Part shown: piece after piece, positions 1-10,456 of the stretch
Layout of the letters: the number at the start of each line of letters is the position of its first letter
Numbering within the stretch: the first letter of the stretch is position 1
Source of the DNA: a virus
Taxonomy: Duplodnaviria > Caudoviricetes
IMG/VR virus record: IMGVR_UViG_3300002835_000001
Coordinates: 64,001 to 128,000 of that record
Strand: one strand, 5' to 3'
DNA: 64,000 bases
Translations under genes and position numbers: made by a program
Notes under the pieces: generated by a model
The model's database searches: none
What the model was told of the DNA's origin: nothing
Seen by the model: the letters and a program-made list of their open reading frames with translations, nothing else

Positions 1-51
1 ATTAATGGTTGGTGCGGTTATTATATTTTGGTTAATATTACATCCTGGCAT
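1..51 (-). CDS. Partial CDS running off the window start (MPGCNINQNIITAPTIN...), probably another small adhesin-head paralog
   Basis: Manual translation from ATG at 51; N-terminus resembles MPLNVNGNII of the neighbour; no stop before the window edge. Confidence 0.5.
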   Translation of the reverse strand, partial: MPGCNINQNIITAPTIN

Positions 52-64
52 AATTATAAATATT

Positions 65-880
65 TTATATTCCAAATCTACCTCTGTCTACGTTATAGTT
101 TTGTAAAAGTTCTGCAGCGGATAACGATCTGTTATAAATTCTAGCAATGGCGATATGTCCATTAAAATTATGAACACCGTCAGTTAATCCGGCACCATAT
201 GTTCCTACAACATATGTTGCATCAGGTATGGTACCAGTTTGTGCAAAAGTGTATACCTCCACACCATTTATATAACCTCTAGTTGTTGTACCATCCCACG
301 TTCCCGATATATAACTCCAAGCGTTATTTGGTATACTTCCACTTGTTCCACCTGATCTAGCACTAGTTGTATTGTTCGCCCAATGTAATGACATTGTTGT
401 ACCACCATCAATAGAATCGATAACACCAAAATACATATTACTAGTTGCGGAAATCACACCACCCCTAATTGTACCCGTTCCAACAGACGCTCTAGTTGGT
501 TTAATCCAAGCATCAACAGTAATTTGTGATGTTGGTTTAGCATTAAAATTATTAATCTGTACATAATCGTTAACACCATCAAAAACAACCGCACCTCCAT
601 TATTGAATGAGAATGTTGGTGAATTTATAAACTGTCCTCGGCAAGCTGATGGAGATAAATCATTCCATTGACTATTACAATTTGTACATCCAGGATTTGT
701 TGCATAATATTGACAACCATAACCACAATCATAATAATTTACATCATTATATGATTGACTACGTCCGGCGTCTAACCATAAGACGATACCATTTTGTACT
801 GCGGTTGGGTAGTTCTGAATTACACCACTAGTGTTAGTGATGTTAGATGATATTATATTTCCGTTTACGTTTAATGGCAT
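65..880 (-). CDS. LamG/concanavalin A-like domain protein (putative virion adhesin head) with a Cys-rich loop
   Basis: LWLDAG, VVFDGVNDYV, TVDAWIKP, WSYISGTWDG, YINGVE, IYNRSLSAAELLQNY motifs typical of LamG-like phage proteins. Confidence 0.8.
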   Translation of the reverse strand: MPLNVNGNIISSNITNTSGVIQNYPTAVQNGIVLWLDAGRSQSYNDVNYYDCGYGCQYYATNPGCTNCNSQWNDLSPSACRGQFINSPTFSFNNGGAVVFDGVNDYVQINNFNAKPTSQITVDAWIKPTRASVGTGTIRGGVISATSNMYFGVIDSIDGGTTMSLHWANNTTSARSGGTSGSIPNNAWSYISGTWDGTTTRGYINGVEVYTFAQTGTIPDATYVVGTYGAGLTDGVHNFNGHIAIARIYNRSLSAAELLQNYNVDRGRFGI

Positions 881-892
881 ATCTTATATTAT

Positions 893-1609
893 TTAAACAC
901 CATATCTTCCTCTTTCGGTTTGGAAGTTTTGTGCTATTTCGTGTCTTTCTAAAACTCTATTATATCCTCTAACGATACCTATTCTACCATTAAATTGTGA
1001 ACTAGGTGAACTATATATTGCACCTATATTAAATTGTCCCGTACCTGAGTATTGTGTTTCAACAGAAGCGGGTGCGGTTTGTTTAATTGTGTTTGCAAAA
1101 AATTGTTTTCTAAATGTTATTCCATCATATGTAAACACCCAATGATACCAAGTATTTGCGGAAGGTCTGTAGTTATTTTGATAATCATTATCATTTGAAT
1201 ACATTCCATATATCATACCTCTTGCACCATCTTGATATAAAATGTGTAACCCTATACCGGTACCGTATGCTCCTTGACCAAATAATCCAAACGAAGATGT
1301 ACTAGCCATGTATACCCATATCTCTAAGGTAAAACTACCTGTAAGAGGCATACTACCGATACTGGCATATCCTGAAGCACTGGATGTTATTGAACCACCA
1401 TTACTACTATCAAATCCGGTAGAATTTAATGTAAAATTTCTACCATTACCACTCATGTCTGTCCAAGTACCACTAGACCCATTGTATGAATCAATATCCG
1501 CAGCGTCAAGATAAAATAACATCCCGTCAGTTATTATTTTATTTTTAAAAATCCCTGCGGATGTTATGTCACCAGTTTGTATTATATTTCCGTTAATATC
1601 TAATGGCAT
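893..1609 (-). CDS. LamG-like domain protein
   Basis: FYLDAADIDSY, WTDMSGNGRN, FTLEIWVY, WYHWVFTYDG, YNRVLERHEIAQNF. Confidence 0.8.
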   Translation of the reverse strand: MPLDINGNIIQTGDITSAGIFKNKIITDGMLFYLDAADIDSYNGSSGTWTDMSGNGRNFTLNSTGFDSSNGGSITSSASGYASIGSMPLTGSFTLEIWVYMASTSSFGLFGQGAYGTGIGLHILYQDGARGMIYGMYSNDNDYQNNYRPSANTWYHWVFTYDGITFRKQFFANTIKQTAPASVETQYSGTGQFNIGAIYSSPSSQFNGRIGIVRGYNRVLERHEIAQNFQTERGRYGV

Positions 1610-4600
1610 TATTCAGGTCTTTTTGGTGTTGCGTCGTTAGGATTAACTTCTTGCAACATAAATTTATATACTTTATTTTGTTTATTATTATATAAGAACA
1701 AATCATTTTCACCCTCCACGATTGTATAGTCACCAATACCATTACTTAAAGATAAATCGGAAGTGAAAAGTGTGTTCCATCTAAATGATGCGGAACCCAA
1801 ATTTTGTGTACCATTAAATCCAGGTGTTACGCCTGTTCTAGTTATTTTAAGTATTTCTTCATAGTTAGTACTTGATGACGATTTGAAAAACCAACCTGTA
1901 GTGTCACCCGCTTCAGCATATTCAACAAATGTTGTTTGATGACCTGCGGTAAAAGTGGGTGTGGCTGTAGGTCCTGAAATTGCCGATCTAAATGCCATCA
2001 TATGATTATTATTGTCATAACCTGAAAAAACTCCGTAAGTATTTGCACCACCGGTTCTTGCAATAACCCTTCCACTTGTAACTGTTAAAGTATTATTAAT
2101 TGAAATTGCAGTACTTGTACTTGCACCTCTTCCTGTTACACTTGCTAAAGTATCTGTTTCAGTATAACTTGTTATATATCCTGCACCATTTGTAAGTTCG
2201 TTATTATTCGTAGGAATAGTTTGATCGCCCGTATTTGTACCTGATGAAGTACCACTAAAATTTGTTGCAGATATTGTACCCGCGAATACAGAGTTACCAG
2301 TTGTGTCAATAGTAAAATAAGTATTAGTACCTACTGTTGCCCAACTTTTACCAATTTTAAATTTATCTGCATCGGAATTATCTATACCTACCGTCCAACC
2401 TAATACACCATTAATATCAAATGAAACAAATGGATCTCCACCTGTTGGACCTAAAGTTCTTAATGCTAAAACGGCATGAGCATTTTCATTAGAACTTGTA
2501 TTATGCATATAAATTACAGGTACATTTGTACTTGCAGGTGTACTATAAGTACTATTACCGTTTTCTATTATAAATCCTGTATTGGTAGTTGCTCCTCTTG
2601 TTATTACATTTTGTAAAGTGGATGTTTCTGTGTAAGAACTAATATAACCGCTAGGGTTAGTTGCGTTGTATGGTGTAAATCCAAGTGCGGTTGTAACATT
2701 ACCACTGGTTATACCGGTTAAATAGGCACTATTATTTGTGAACTGTGAAATGTTCATTGATGTTAACGATCCAGCAGTGGTTGCCGTTGTTGCATTACCA
2801 CTTAATGCACCTGTAAATGTTGTTGCACTCACCGTACTAAATGTTGGAGTGCTAGTTGTTAACAACGCTTGGTTAAGATATGTTCCAAAACCTGTGGTAG
2901 ATGATAATGTAATTTGTGAAGAACCTGAAACAACACCCTCAGTGTTTAATCTTGTTTTAATTCCTGTTGAGTAGTTCGTTGTTGCAGTTAAATCAATTTG
3001 TGATGAACCTGAAACTAAACCTACGGGAATACTTGATATTGAACCGAATGTTATCTGTGAAGAACCTGACACTAAACCACTTGGTCTGCCAGTTATACTA
3101 CCAAATTGTACTTGTGCCGAACCAGAAAAAACACCCTCAGTATTTAATTCTTTTTTAACACCATCTAAAAAATGAACAGAACCAGTATCTAATGTTACTG
3201 TCCGTGTGGATGATATATCCCCACCTCCACTCAAACCAGCACCGGCAGTAATTGAAACTGTTGTGTGATCTATATGTTGATTCGCAACGTAATTTGTTGT
3301 TGCATTATGGTTAACTTGAACTGAACCACTAATAACACCATCACTATTTAATTTTGATTTAACACCCGTTGTAAATGTTGCTGATGATGTATCAATTGCA
3401 ATATCATCCGCATTTACTGTTATACCATTACCCGCACCCACATTAATTGTCCGTGTAGATGATATATCTCCACCACCAGTTAAACCACTACCTGCGGTAA
3501 TTGAAACCGTTGTGTGGTCTATATGTTGATTCGCAACGTAATTTGTTGTTGTGTTGTGATTAACTTGAACCGATCCACTTATAACACCATCTGTATTTAA
3601 TTTAGATTTTATTGTGGTGTCAATAGAAGATGTAAAAGTATTTAAACTTCCCGTTGATGATTCAATTGCAGTTATGTTAGGGTTTGTTATATTTCCCGTA
3701 ACTTTTAAAGTACCTGTTATTTCTGTATTTGAATTAATAGATACCTTAGAACCATTATCGAATATATTTGAAGTTGTTAAATGGTGACCGTGTCCGTTAT
3801 TTTCTACCTTTGTTAGGTAATTCCCATCTAATAGTGGTGCGTTGTCAATATCATTACCTAAAGGACCAAATAACATGATGCTTGCATCATTGGTACCCGT
3901 ATCCATATGTTTAAATTTCCATTGATTTGTTAATGAATCATAAAATAATGAAGCGGTAATGTTTGTTGAACCAGAATCAAAAACGGAAATACCCGCATAT
4001 CTAAATGCTGGGCTATCTGTGTTTAATACAATTGTATTGGTTCCAATTGACACTGCAGATGCAGTAATATTTTCTAAAGATGATGAACCCTGTACAATTA
4101 AATTTTGACTAATGTAAAGTGAACCTGTTATTGTTTGTGTTCCTTGAAAATTATTACTACCTGTTGTTGCATAACTTCCAGTTTTTGCTTCAATTGAATC
4201 TACCCGATTTTTTGTCCCTAATGTGGTTGTTGCAATACTAGAACTTAAACTTCCTATGGATGAACTTAATCCTGATGTTGTAGTTGCAACACTAGAAGAT
4301 AAACTTCCGATGGATGAACTTAATCCAGATGTTGTAGTTGCAACACTAGAACTTAAATCATTGGTTGTTGTTGCAATTGAAGAACTAAATGTACCATAAC
4401 CAGTTGTTCCTGTTAGATTAACTTGTATAGAACCAGATAGAACACTTTCAGAATTCATCTTGTCTTTTATTGTTGTATTAATTGAACTAGTAAATGAATT
4501 TAACGAACCAGTACTCGTTTCAATAGAATCAACCCGATTTTTTGTTCCTAATGTTGTTGTTGCAATAGAGGAAGAAAGACTTCCAATACTTGAACTTAAT

Positions 4601-5961
4601 CCGCTTGTTGTTGTTGCAACACTAGAACTTAAACTTCCGACACTGGAACTAAGTCCACTAGTTGTTGTTGCGACAGATGAAGATAAACTTCCAATACTTG
4701 AACTTAATCCGCTTGTTGTTGTTGCAACACTAGAACTTAACCCTAATGTTGTCGTTGCAACACTAGAACTTAATCCTAATGTTGTGGTTGCAACACTAGA
4801 ACTTAAAGAACTAATACTTGAACTTAATCCGCTTGTTGTTGTTGCAACACTAGAACTTAAACTTTCAATACTAGAACTTAACCCTAATGTTGTCGTTGCA
4901 ACCGATGAAGATAGTGAACTCACACTTGTAGATATACTAGAACTAAATGTTGAATATCCCGTTGTTCCTGTTAATAAAACTTGAACGCTTCCAGATATGA
5001 CTGTTTCCGTATTAAGTTTATTTTTAATTGTTGTGTCAATAGAACTACTGAAAATATTTAAACTACTTGTGGTAGACTCTATAGATGTTAACCGACTGTT
5101 TTGTGTGGAATTGGTTGAATTGTTTGAACTTGTGTAAGAGTTAAATGTAATCTCATCCAACTTTCCAGTACCCACAGGAACACCATTTAAACTTATTGAA
5201 CCCGAAATGGTAAGTGCCCCTGTAATTTCAGTATTTGAATTAACTCTTAGTCCGTTTGTATTTGAAATGGATGCTGTGGCCGCTCCATCTGCAATCCGTG
5301 TTAAATTAAGACCTGTAACCCCACTTGCAGGGATATTAAATAGATTTATACCATCTCCTTTAAAAGAACCTGAGAATGAACCCGTATATGAACCACTAAA
5401 GGATTCTAAACTACCTAATCTATTATTAATAGAACCACTTACGGTATTGTACGAAGAGGTAAAACTATTAAAATCTAATCTAATACTACTACTAGTACTT
5501 TCCAAAGAGGTTAATCTACCTGACGCACTTGATGTAAACGTATTTAAACTTCCTGTTGATGTTTGTAACGTTCCAATTACGGCATTGTTTGAACCAGTGT
5601 AAGTGTTAAGTAATTCTATTGAACCTGTGACACCTTCAATACTTGTTAATTTACTATTTTGTGTGGTGTTGGTGCTATTATTTGAAATTGTAAATAAATT
5701 AAAATCAGTTCTAATACTACCACTATCAGATTCAAGTGACGTTAATCTTCCACTCACACTCGAAGTATATGTGTTGAAGCTAGAGGTTAAAGTATATTTT
5801 GGAGCAAAGGAAGCTGTATCTGCACTGGTAATATTACCAGAAACACTACCATTAATGGTGCCGAGTACGTTTAAGTTACCCGAAACGAGTAAATTATTAG
5901 AAATTTCCCCCGAACCAGATACTGATAGGGAGCCCGATATGTGAGGATCAAATATATTCAT
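1609..5961 (-). CDS. Long tail fibre-like structural protein (1450 aa) with Ser/Thr repeats and a conserved C-terminal module
   Basis: Low-complexity S/T/G repeats; modules shared with the other fibres in the window; C-terminus LGSASFRWNTLFTSDLSLSNGIGDYTIVEG. Confidence 0.7.
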   Translation of the reverse strand: MNIFDPHISGSLSVSGSGEISNNLLVSGNLNVLGTINGSVSGNITSADTASFAPKYTLTSSFNTYTSSVSGRLTSLESDSGSIRTDFNLFTISNNSTNTTQNSKLTSIEGVTGSIELLNTYTGSNNAVIGTLQTSTGSLNTFTSSASGRLTSLESTSSSIRLDFNSFTSSYNTVSGSINNRLGSLESFSGSYTGSFSGSFKGDGINLFNIPASGVTGLNLTRIADGAATASISNTNGLRVNSNTEITGALTISGSISLNGVPVGTGKLDEITFNSYTSSNNSTNSTQNSRLTSIESTTSSLNIFSSSIDTTIKNKLNTETVISGSVQVLLTGTTGYSTFSSSISTSVSSLSSSVATTTLGLSSSIESLSSSVATTTSGLSSSISSLSSSVATTTLGLSSSVATTTLGLSSSVATTTSGLSSSIGSLSSSVATTTSGLSSSVGSLSSSVATTTSGLSSSIGSLSSSIATTTLGTKNRVDSIETSTGSLNSFTSSINTTIKDKMNSESVLSGSIQVNLTGTTGYGTFSSSIATTTNDLSSSVATTTSGLSSSIGSLSSSVATTTSGLSSSIGSLSSSIATTTLGTKNRVDSIEAKTGSYATTGSNNFQGTQTITGSLYISQNLIVQGSSSLENITASAVSIGTNTIVLNTDSPAFRYAGISVFDSGSTNITASLFYDSLTNQWKFKHMDTGTNDASIMLFGPLGNDIDNAPLLDGNYLTKVENNGHGHHLTTSNIFDNGSKVSINSNTEITGTLKVTGNITNPNITAIESSTGSLNTFTSSIDTTIKSKLNTDGVISGSVQVNHNTTTNYVANQHIDHTTVSITAGSGLTGGGDISSTRTINVGAGNGITVNADDIAIDTSSATFTTGVKSKLNSDGVISGSVQVNHNATTNYVANQHIDHTTVSITAGAGLSGGGDISSTRTVTLDTGSVHFLDGVKKELNTEGVFSGSAQVQFGSITGRPSGLVSGSSQITFGSISSIPVGLVSGSSQIDLTATTNYSTGIKTRLNTEGVVSGSSQITLSSTTGFGTYLNQALLTTSTPTFSTVSATTFTGALSGNATTATTAGSLTSMNISQFTNNSAYLTGITSGNVTTALGFTPYNATNPSGYISSYTETSTLQNVITRGATTNTGFIIENGNSTYSTPASTNVPVIYMHNTSSNENAHAVLALRTLGPTGGDPFVSFDINGVLGWTVGIDNSDADKFKIGKSWATVGTNTYFTIDTTGNSVFAGTISATNFSGTSSGTNTGDQTIPTNNNELTNGAGYITSYTETDTLASVTGRGASTSTAISINNTLTVTSGRVIARTGGANTYGVFSGYDNNNHMMAFRSAISGPTATPTFTAGHQTTFVEYAEAGDTTGWFFKSSSSTNYEEILKITRTGVTPGFNGTQNLGSASFRWNTLFTSDLSLSNGIGDYTIVEGENDLFLYNNKQNKVYKFMLQEVNPNDATPKRPE
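4200..4940 (-). repeat. In-frame coding tandem repeat, 7+11 aa units (SSSIGSL / SSSVATTTSGL)
   Basis: Recurrent gttgcaacactagaactt-like units on the + strand with 33/54-nt periodicity. Confidence 0.85.
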
Positions 5962-5982
5962 CTAAATGTGTATTATACTTAG

Positions 5983-5990
5983 ATAAATAC
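5983..5990 (-). promoter_or_regulatory. Putative late-promoter motif GTATTTAT upstream of the 1450-aa fibre
   Basis: Same motif recurs upstream of about ten minus-strand starts (see findings). Confidence 0.5.
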
Positions 5991-6016
5991 TCCAACCTTC
6001 GGTTATAGTAATCGAA

Positions 6017-6823
6017 TTAAATTAAACTTTTTGGGGGTTGTGTTAATCCTGATGGTAGGTATTCGTTGAAGTTTTTATATATATGGTTGAATAATTTAGT
6101 TGCATACTCTTTATTATGTTTTGGTCCTGGATGGGTACCATCAACTCCCAAATCAATAAAAATTCCATAATTACCATCAAATCTATTTGGTTCATTATAG
6201 TCTATTGGGATATTTCTGAATCCATCCCATAACCAATTGCATTTTTTATCTTTTAAAAAATACTTAATTAATAAATGATTTTTATACCAATTTATAAAAT
6301 CTTCATTTTCGTTTTGTAATTCTACTAAATTTTTTTGTATTTTTATACCTTCTTCAGTTTCTTCCATAAATCCCCAAGATGATGTCGGCATAAAAGGTTC
6401 TACATTATTATCCTTAGTATAAAATTCTCTCCTAAATGAGTGTGGGTACATTATTAAAACTAAATCTGGTTTAATCAAATCGTAATAACTCATTAAACAT
6501 CTTACCACAAAATCTCCACTTCTACCGCCAGTCCCAAAATTAAAATTGACACCATTCGGTATTAATTTACAAAATTGATGCGGCCACGTTTCGTAATCAT
6601 TAACCGCAACACCTTCGGTAAACGAACAACCTAATGACATAACTTTAAAACCTTCTTTTTTTATACTATCACCTCTAAATCCTAATTCATTATAGGTGTA
6701 GGTACACAGTCCTGTATTATCTGATCCCGATGTTTTGAATATTTTGTTTTTTCGTTCATCTAATGAATATTTGTAAGATGAAATCTCAAAGGTTTCAGGA
6801 GTCCAATATTTTAATGATTCCAT
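6017..6823 (-). CDS. SGNH/GDSL-hydrolase-like protein
   Basis: YNELGFR followed by LGCSFTEG (block I Ser), NFGTGGRS (block II), HPGPKHN near the C-terminus. Confidence 0.6.
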   Translation of the reverse strand: MESLKYWTPETFEISSYKYSLDERKNKIFKTSGSDNTGLCTYTYNELGFRGDSIKKEGFKVMSLGCSFTEGVAVNDYETWPHQFCKLIPNGVNFNFGTGGRSGDFVVRCLMSYYDLIKPDLVLIMYPHSFRREFYTKDNNVEPFMPTSSWGFMEETEEGIKIQKNLVELQNENEDFINWYKNHLLIKYFLKDKKCNWLWDGFRNIPIDYNEPNRFDGNYGIFIDLGVDGTHPGPKHNKEYATKLFNHIYKNFNEYLPSGLTQPPKSLI

Positions 6824-7873
6824 TTAAATTAATGTTTTGTTAGTGTTATCTACAAACTCATATAGGTTATGAAATAGATTTTGATTTTTCCATATTTTAT
6901 TTAATTCTTTTTTAAATAAATGATGTTCAGGATGTTCGATATCCCATACTTGCTTTAATTTAAATTCACCTTCAGAGAATGTACCCCAATTAGTTATCTT
7001 ACCAAAGAATACGTTTACCTTTTTACCAAAAATAGAATACATCAGGTTATAAAATTCTTTCATTTCCATATAATTAGAATCTTGTACAACGAAGGATGTT
7101 TTCACATTTATTGGTAGAGTGCTTATGAATCTAAGATTACTTAATAAGTTCCCCCAATTACCCCCTAATCTTGTTTTATTTTCATAAGTGTCCTTTGTAC
7201 CCGCATCTATACTAATTTCACAAGTATGTACAAACTTATGAACATTTGGCATACTATCCCACATTTCTTTATTCCACATTGATGCATTTGTGTGAAGGTG
7301 TATAGATTTTAAATTTGGATATTTTTTGGGATTAAAATTTCTTAAATAATTTCTAAACCCAACCGACACAAAAGGATCTCCAGAACCTGTAATGTATAAT
7401 GTTTTTACGTATTGTGAAAAGTAATTATCAATATCTTCAATTGTCTTTTCTACTCGTTTTATACCTTTACTGTCTTCAACAATTAAATCTACCCTACATG
7501 ATGGACATTTGTAATTACAAGTCCTATCAAAATTCATTACCAAATAATCGGGTGTATTATTTGTTACAATCGGACTATTAATGTTTGAATCTGATTTTAA
7601 AGTAACAGGTCCTGATGTTACTCCGTAATTTACTAATTTACTTAAATAGGGACAAAGTTCTTTATTACAATACTTAAATGAACCATCTAATATAGAATTT
7701 CTAATATCAATAATTGGTTCGCTATTATAAACATCTTTTAATGGGATTTCACCAAGTTCTACTTTATTGGGTAACCAAGATGGACAGCACACAAAACAAA
7801 CATTGTTATGTATTTCTAACGATGTAAATGGTACACTACAAAAATAATTTTTTAAATCAATCTTATTACTCAT
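6824..7873 (-). CDS. Radical SAM protein with N-terminal SPASM/twitch-like Cys motif
   Basis: CNYKCPSC (CX3CX2C), ITGSGDPF, SIDAG; N-terminal CSVPF...VCC. Confidence 0.85.
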   Translation of the reverse strand: MSNKIDLKNYFCSVPFTSLEIHNNVCFVCCPSWLPNKVELGEIPLKDVYNSEPIIDIRNSILDGSFKYCNKELCPYLSKLVNYGVTSGPVTLKSDSNINSPIVTNNTPDYLVMNFDRTCNYKCPSCRVDLIVEDSKGIKRVEKTIEDIDNYFSQYVKTLYITGSGDPFVSVGFRNYLRNFNPKKYPNLKSIHLHTNASMWNKEMWDSMPNVHKFVHTCEISIDAGTKDTYENKTRLGGNWGNLLSNLRFISTLPINVKTSFVVQDSNYMEMKEFYNLMYSIFGKKVNVFFGKITNWGTFSEGEFKLKQVWDIEHPEHHLFKKELNKIWKNQNLFHNLYEFVDNTNKTLI

Positions 7874-9043
7874 TTAAATTAAAGTTTTAGGGATTGTTAG
7901 GTTTTCAACTTCATGGATTTTATTTAAAAAAAACTCGTTATATATTTTTTTTCTGTGTTGAAAATTAAAATATAATTCTTGGTTAAATCTACATATATCT
8001 AATACTTTGGGGGCGTCATAGATACTAGCCAGTTCTTCAGCGCTGTTTATAACTTGTGTTATTTTATCTTTACCTAACATCTCATCATAATCCTCATTAA
8101 TCACAGAATTAAATGTCTTGAATCCCATATCTCTTAAGGTTTTAAGATAGTGTTTAGATGGTGAATATATAACAAATGGGACACCTAAATAAATTGCTTT
8201 CCAGGTTTTTTCCGTCAGATGAATTGAATTTGAATATAACATTGTTTCCAATATAATATTAACTTTACTTTTATAATACCATTTGGGATTTATGGTGTAA
8301 AGATACTTTTCCATAACTAAATCAGCGCCATACATTACATCATCTTCTAACTGAATAGGGTTAAAGTTATCTACATCTATGTTTAATTCATTAAGTAATT
8401 CTTTATTTAATAGATTTTTATTTGTGCTATTTTTTACCCAGGAAAATCTAGTGTCATTTAACAACCCCATATGATATAACCTCTCAATTAATTTATATTT
8501 TTCATAACTCATTCTTCTATTTAAACATAAGAATTTTTTATCAGGTATAGTGTTAGGGTTTAATTCAGTTACATATGAATTTAAATGCTCATAGGTAGAT
8601 AAAAAGAAATTAGGAAAAAAACAGGTGTTTAATATAAAATTTCCATATTTTGTTTTACCCATACCAATTTTAGATGAATCGTTATTTACAATTATTAATC
8701 TGTTAAAATCAATTTTATTTTTTTTTAACAGATTAAAAAAATTCAAGGATAACTTATCCACCCAAAGTTCGGCTTCCCCGGAATTATTACACATAAAATA
8801 GAAATTTTCAGATTGTAATTTAATTAGTAACTCAATAAATTCACTAGAATGAGTATGCGCTATGTTTGGGTTATCGGAATTAGTCCATTCGGTTTCTAAC
8901 AAAAAAAATAAAAAATTTAATTTTGTGACATCTACCTTATCGGTGTGGATATTTTTAAATAAGATGTCACTATCTATTTTTTCGATTGAATTTCTAATAT
9001 TTGTATTTGGTAAGATATCACTATACCAAAATTGAATTTCCAT
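7874..9043 (-). CDS. Putative glycosyltransferase (GT10/GT-B-like)
   Basis: KFLCLNRR, ILET...LTEKTWKAI...PFVI...LRDMGFKTF, resembling the ITEK motif of GT10-like phage proteins. Confidence 0.45.
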   Translation of the reverse strand: MEIQFWYSDILPNTNIRNSIEKIDSDILFKNIHTDKVDVTKLNFLFFLLETEWTNSDNPNIAHTHSSEFIELLIKLQSENFYFMCNNSGEAELWVDKLSLNFFNLLKKNKIDFNRLIIVNNDSSKIGMGKTKYGNFILNTCFFPNFFLSTYEHLNSYVTELNPNTIPDKKFLCLNRRMSYEKYKLIERLYHMGLLNDTRFSWVKNSTNKNLLNKELLNELNIDVDNFNPIQLEDDVMYGADLVMEKYLYTINPKWYYKSKVNIILETMLYSNSIHLTEKTWKAIYLGVPFVIYSPSKHYLKTLRDMGFKTFNSVINEDYDEMLGKDKITQVINSAEELASIYDAPKVLDICRFNQELYFNFQHRKKIYNEFFLNKIHEVENLTIPKTLI

Positions 9044-9774
9044 TACAATAATGTTTTAGTTGTTTTTCTTTGGTCAAATTCTTTATAAAGATTATCATAT
9101 TTCTGTTTAAAATTATCATCGTTCTCCATTACTGAATTAAAATGTTTACTTGAATTTATTTTTTCCATTTTAAAATCTCTATTTAGTTTTTTTGACACCC
9201 AATTTTCTAATTCCATTAAATTATCAATATCAAACCAAATAATATTTGGATTGTCATTTGTGAGTTCAACTACTGGTGTAAATAATATATCTAACATATT
9301 TTTAGTATAGGGTTCTTTTTTTGAAATTTTTAACTTAGTTAAAAAATTATCAATAACTTTAGACCTATTTTCCAAATTATAAATGTCATTTGATGTGATA
9401 TTATCAAACATATCATTAGTTGTTAACTTTGAAAATTTATCAGCAATATCAAATTTATTTTTTCTGTATAATTCATCTATAATGTGTTTCCATAAAGATA
9501 AAAATCTATCATAATTGTTTCTTCTTATTGAAATAATTTGATTGTTTACACCAAATTTTTCTTGTAATATATATAATGATTCATGTGCGTGTGCTAAACT
9601 ATCCGCCAATTCTTCATTATTCATTTTTTCCCATTCATTTATTTTAATCAACTGATTATCAAGGTTTGAATTGAAATGTTCTATTGGTATCTTGTTTTTT
9701 AGACACGTAATCATAAATGATGTTGAAGCACATCTTGGTAAACTTATAAAAATAAATTTTTTATCTATTAACAT
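9043..9774 (-). CDS. Sulfotransferase family protein
   Basis: N-terminal FIFISLPRCASTS (5'-phosphosulfate loop); RRNNYDRFLSLW (3'-phosphate motif). Confidence 0.65.
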   Translation of the reverse strand: MLIDKKFIFISLPRCASTSFMITCLKNKIPIEHFNSNLDNQLIKINEWEKMNNEELADSLAHAHESLYILQEKFGVNNQIISIRRNNYDRFLSLWKHIIDELYRKNKFDIADKFSKLTTNDMFDNITSNDIYNLENRSKVIDNFLTKLKISKKEPYTKNMLDILFTPVVELTNDNPNIIWFDIDNLMELENWVSKKLNRDFKMEKINSSKHFNSVMENDDNFKQKYDNLYKEFDQRKTTKTLL

Positions 9775-10454
9775 TATATTAAATGATTTCCCTTTTCAAA
9801 TCTCTTTTCAAAATTTTCCCAAATGAATGATTTTAATTCGTCATTTACAATTATCTTATTTGGTCGTTTGGATGTTTTATTTGTGTGATTTATAATTAAT
9901 CTTTCTCCAAATCTATCTTCTATAAAATCTATAAATTTATCAATTTCACTAATGTCAAATTCGTAGGTACATTTTTTATTAGATTTGTAAAATCTTTGAG
10001 AGAGTAGAGTGTCAACCGCACCTCGAATTGGTAATTTACATTCAAAATTTTCTTTTACCAGTTTAAACCAGCATTTCCTAAATCCATCATAATCATTACT
10101 CACCAAATGTAAATTATTTAAAAAATCGGTATCAAATGTTTTATAGATATATTCATTATCAACATCCTCCCAATTACGAATTGCATTATATTCGCTTTCA
10201 AATTCTATATTATCCCAAATAAAATTTAAGGCACTTAACCATCTAAATAACCAATTACGAGTTATACAAACAGTTTCTTTATTACCCCATTGTTCTAAAC
10301 ATCGATTTAAAGGCGCATGATGGTGAGATGTTTTATCATTCTCATCAATTAATTCTAAATTTAATTTTGAGTTTCGTAATGAACTTTCAATGGAGTAACT
10401 AGCGCACTTTGGAATTGAAACCCAAATAAGTTCATTATTAATTAAATGAGACAT
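9774..10454 (-). CDS. Sulfotransferase family protein
   Basis: LIWVSIPKCASYS; TRNWLFRWLSA. Confidence 0.6.
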   Translation of the reverse strand: MSHLINNELIWVSIPKCASYSIESSLRNSKLNLELIDENDKTSHHHAPLNRCLEQWGNKETVCITRNWLFRWLSALNFIWDNIEFESEYNAIRNWEDVDNEYIYKTFDTDFLNNLHLVSNDYDGFRKCWFKLVKENFECKLPIRGAVDTLLSQRFYKSNKKCTYEFDISEIDKFIDFIEDRFGERLIINHTNKTSKRPNKIIVNDELKSFIWENFEKRFEKGNHLI

Positions 10455-10456
10455 TT

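Noticed and set aside
4200-4940. Repeat arrays superficially like a CRISPR array
   Set aside because: Units are degenerate, in-frame multiples of 3 within a CDS, with no unique spacers and no cas genes
4460-4984. Long plus-strand ORFs antisense to the Ser/Thr repeats (also 38035-39036, 53609-54052, 40770-41294 and others)
   Set aside because: Shadow ORFs: the reverse complement of repetitive Ser/Thr/Gly codons lacks stops; no independent signals
5994-6004. AACC-GAA-GGTT mini-hairpin just upstream of the late motif (N4-type hairpin promoter idea)
   Set aside because: Only a 4-bp stem, and not present at the other motif sites checked
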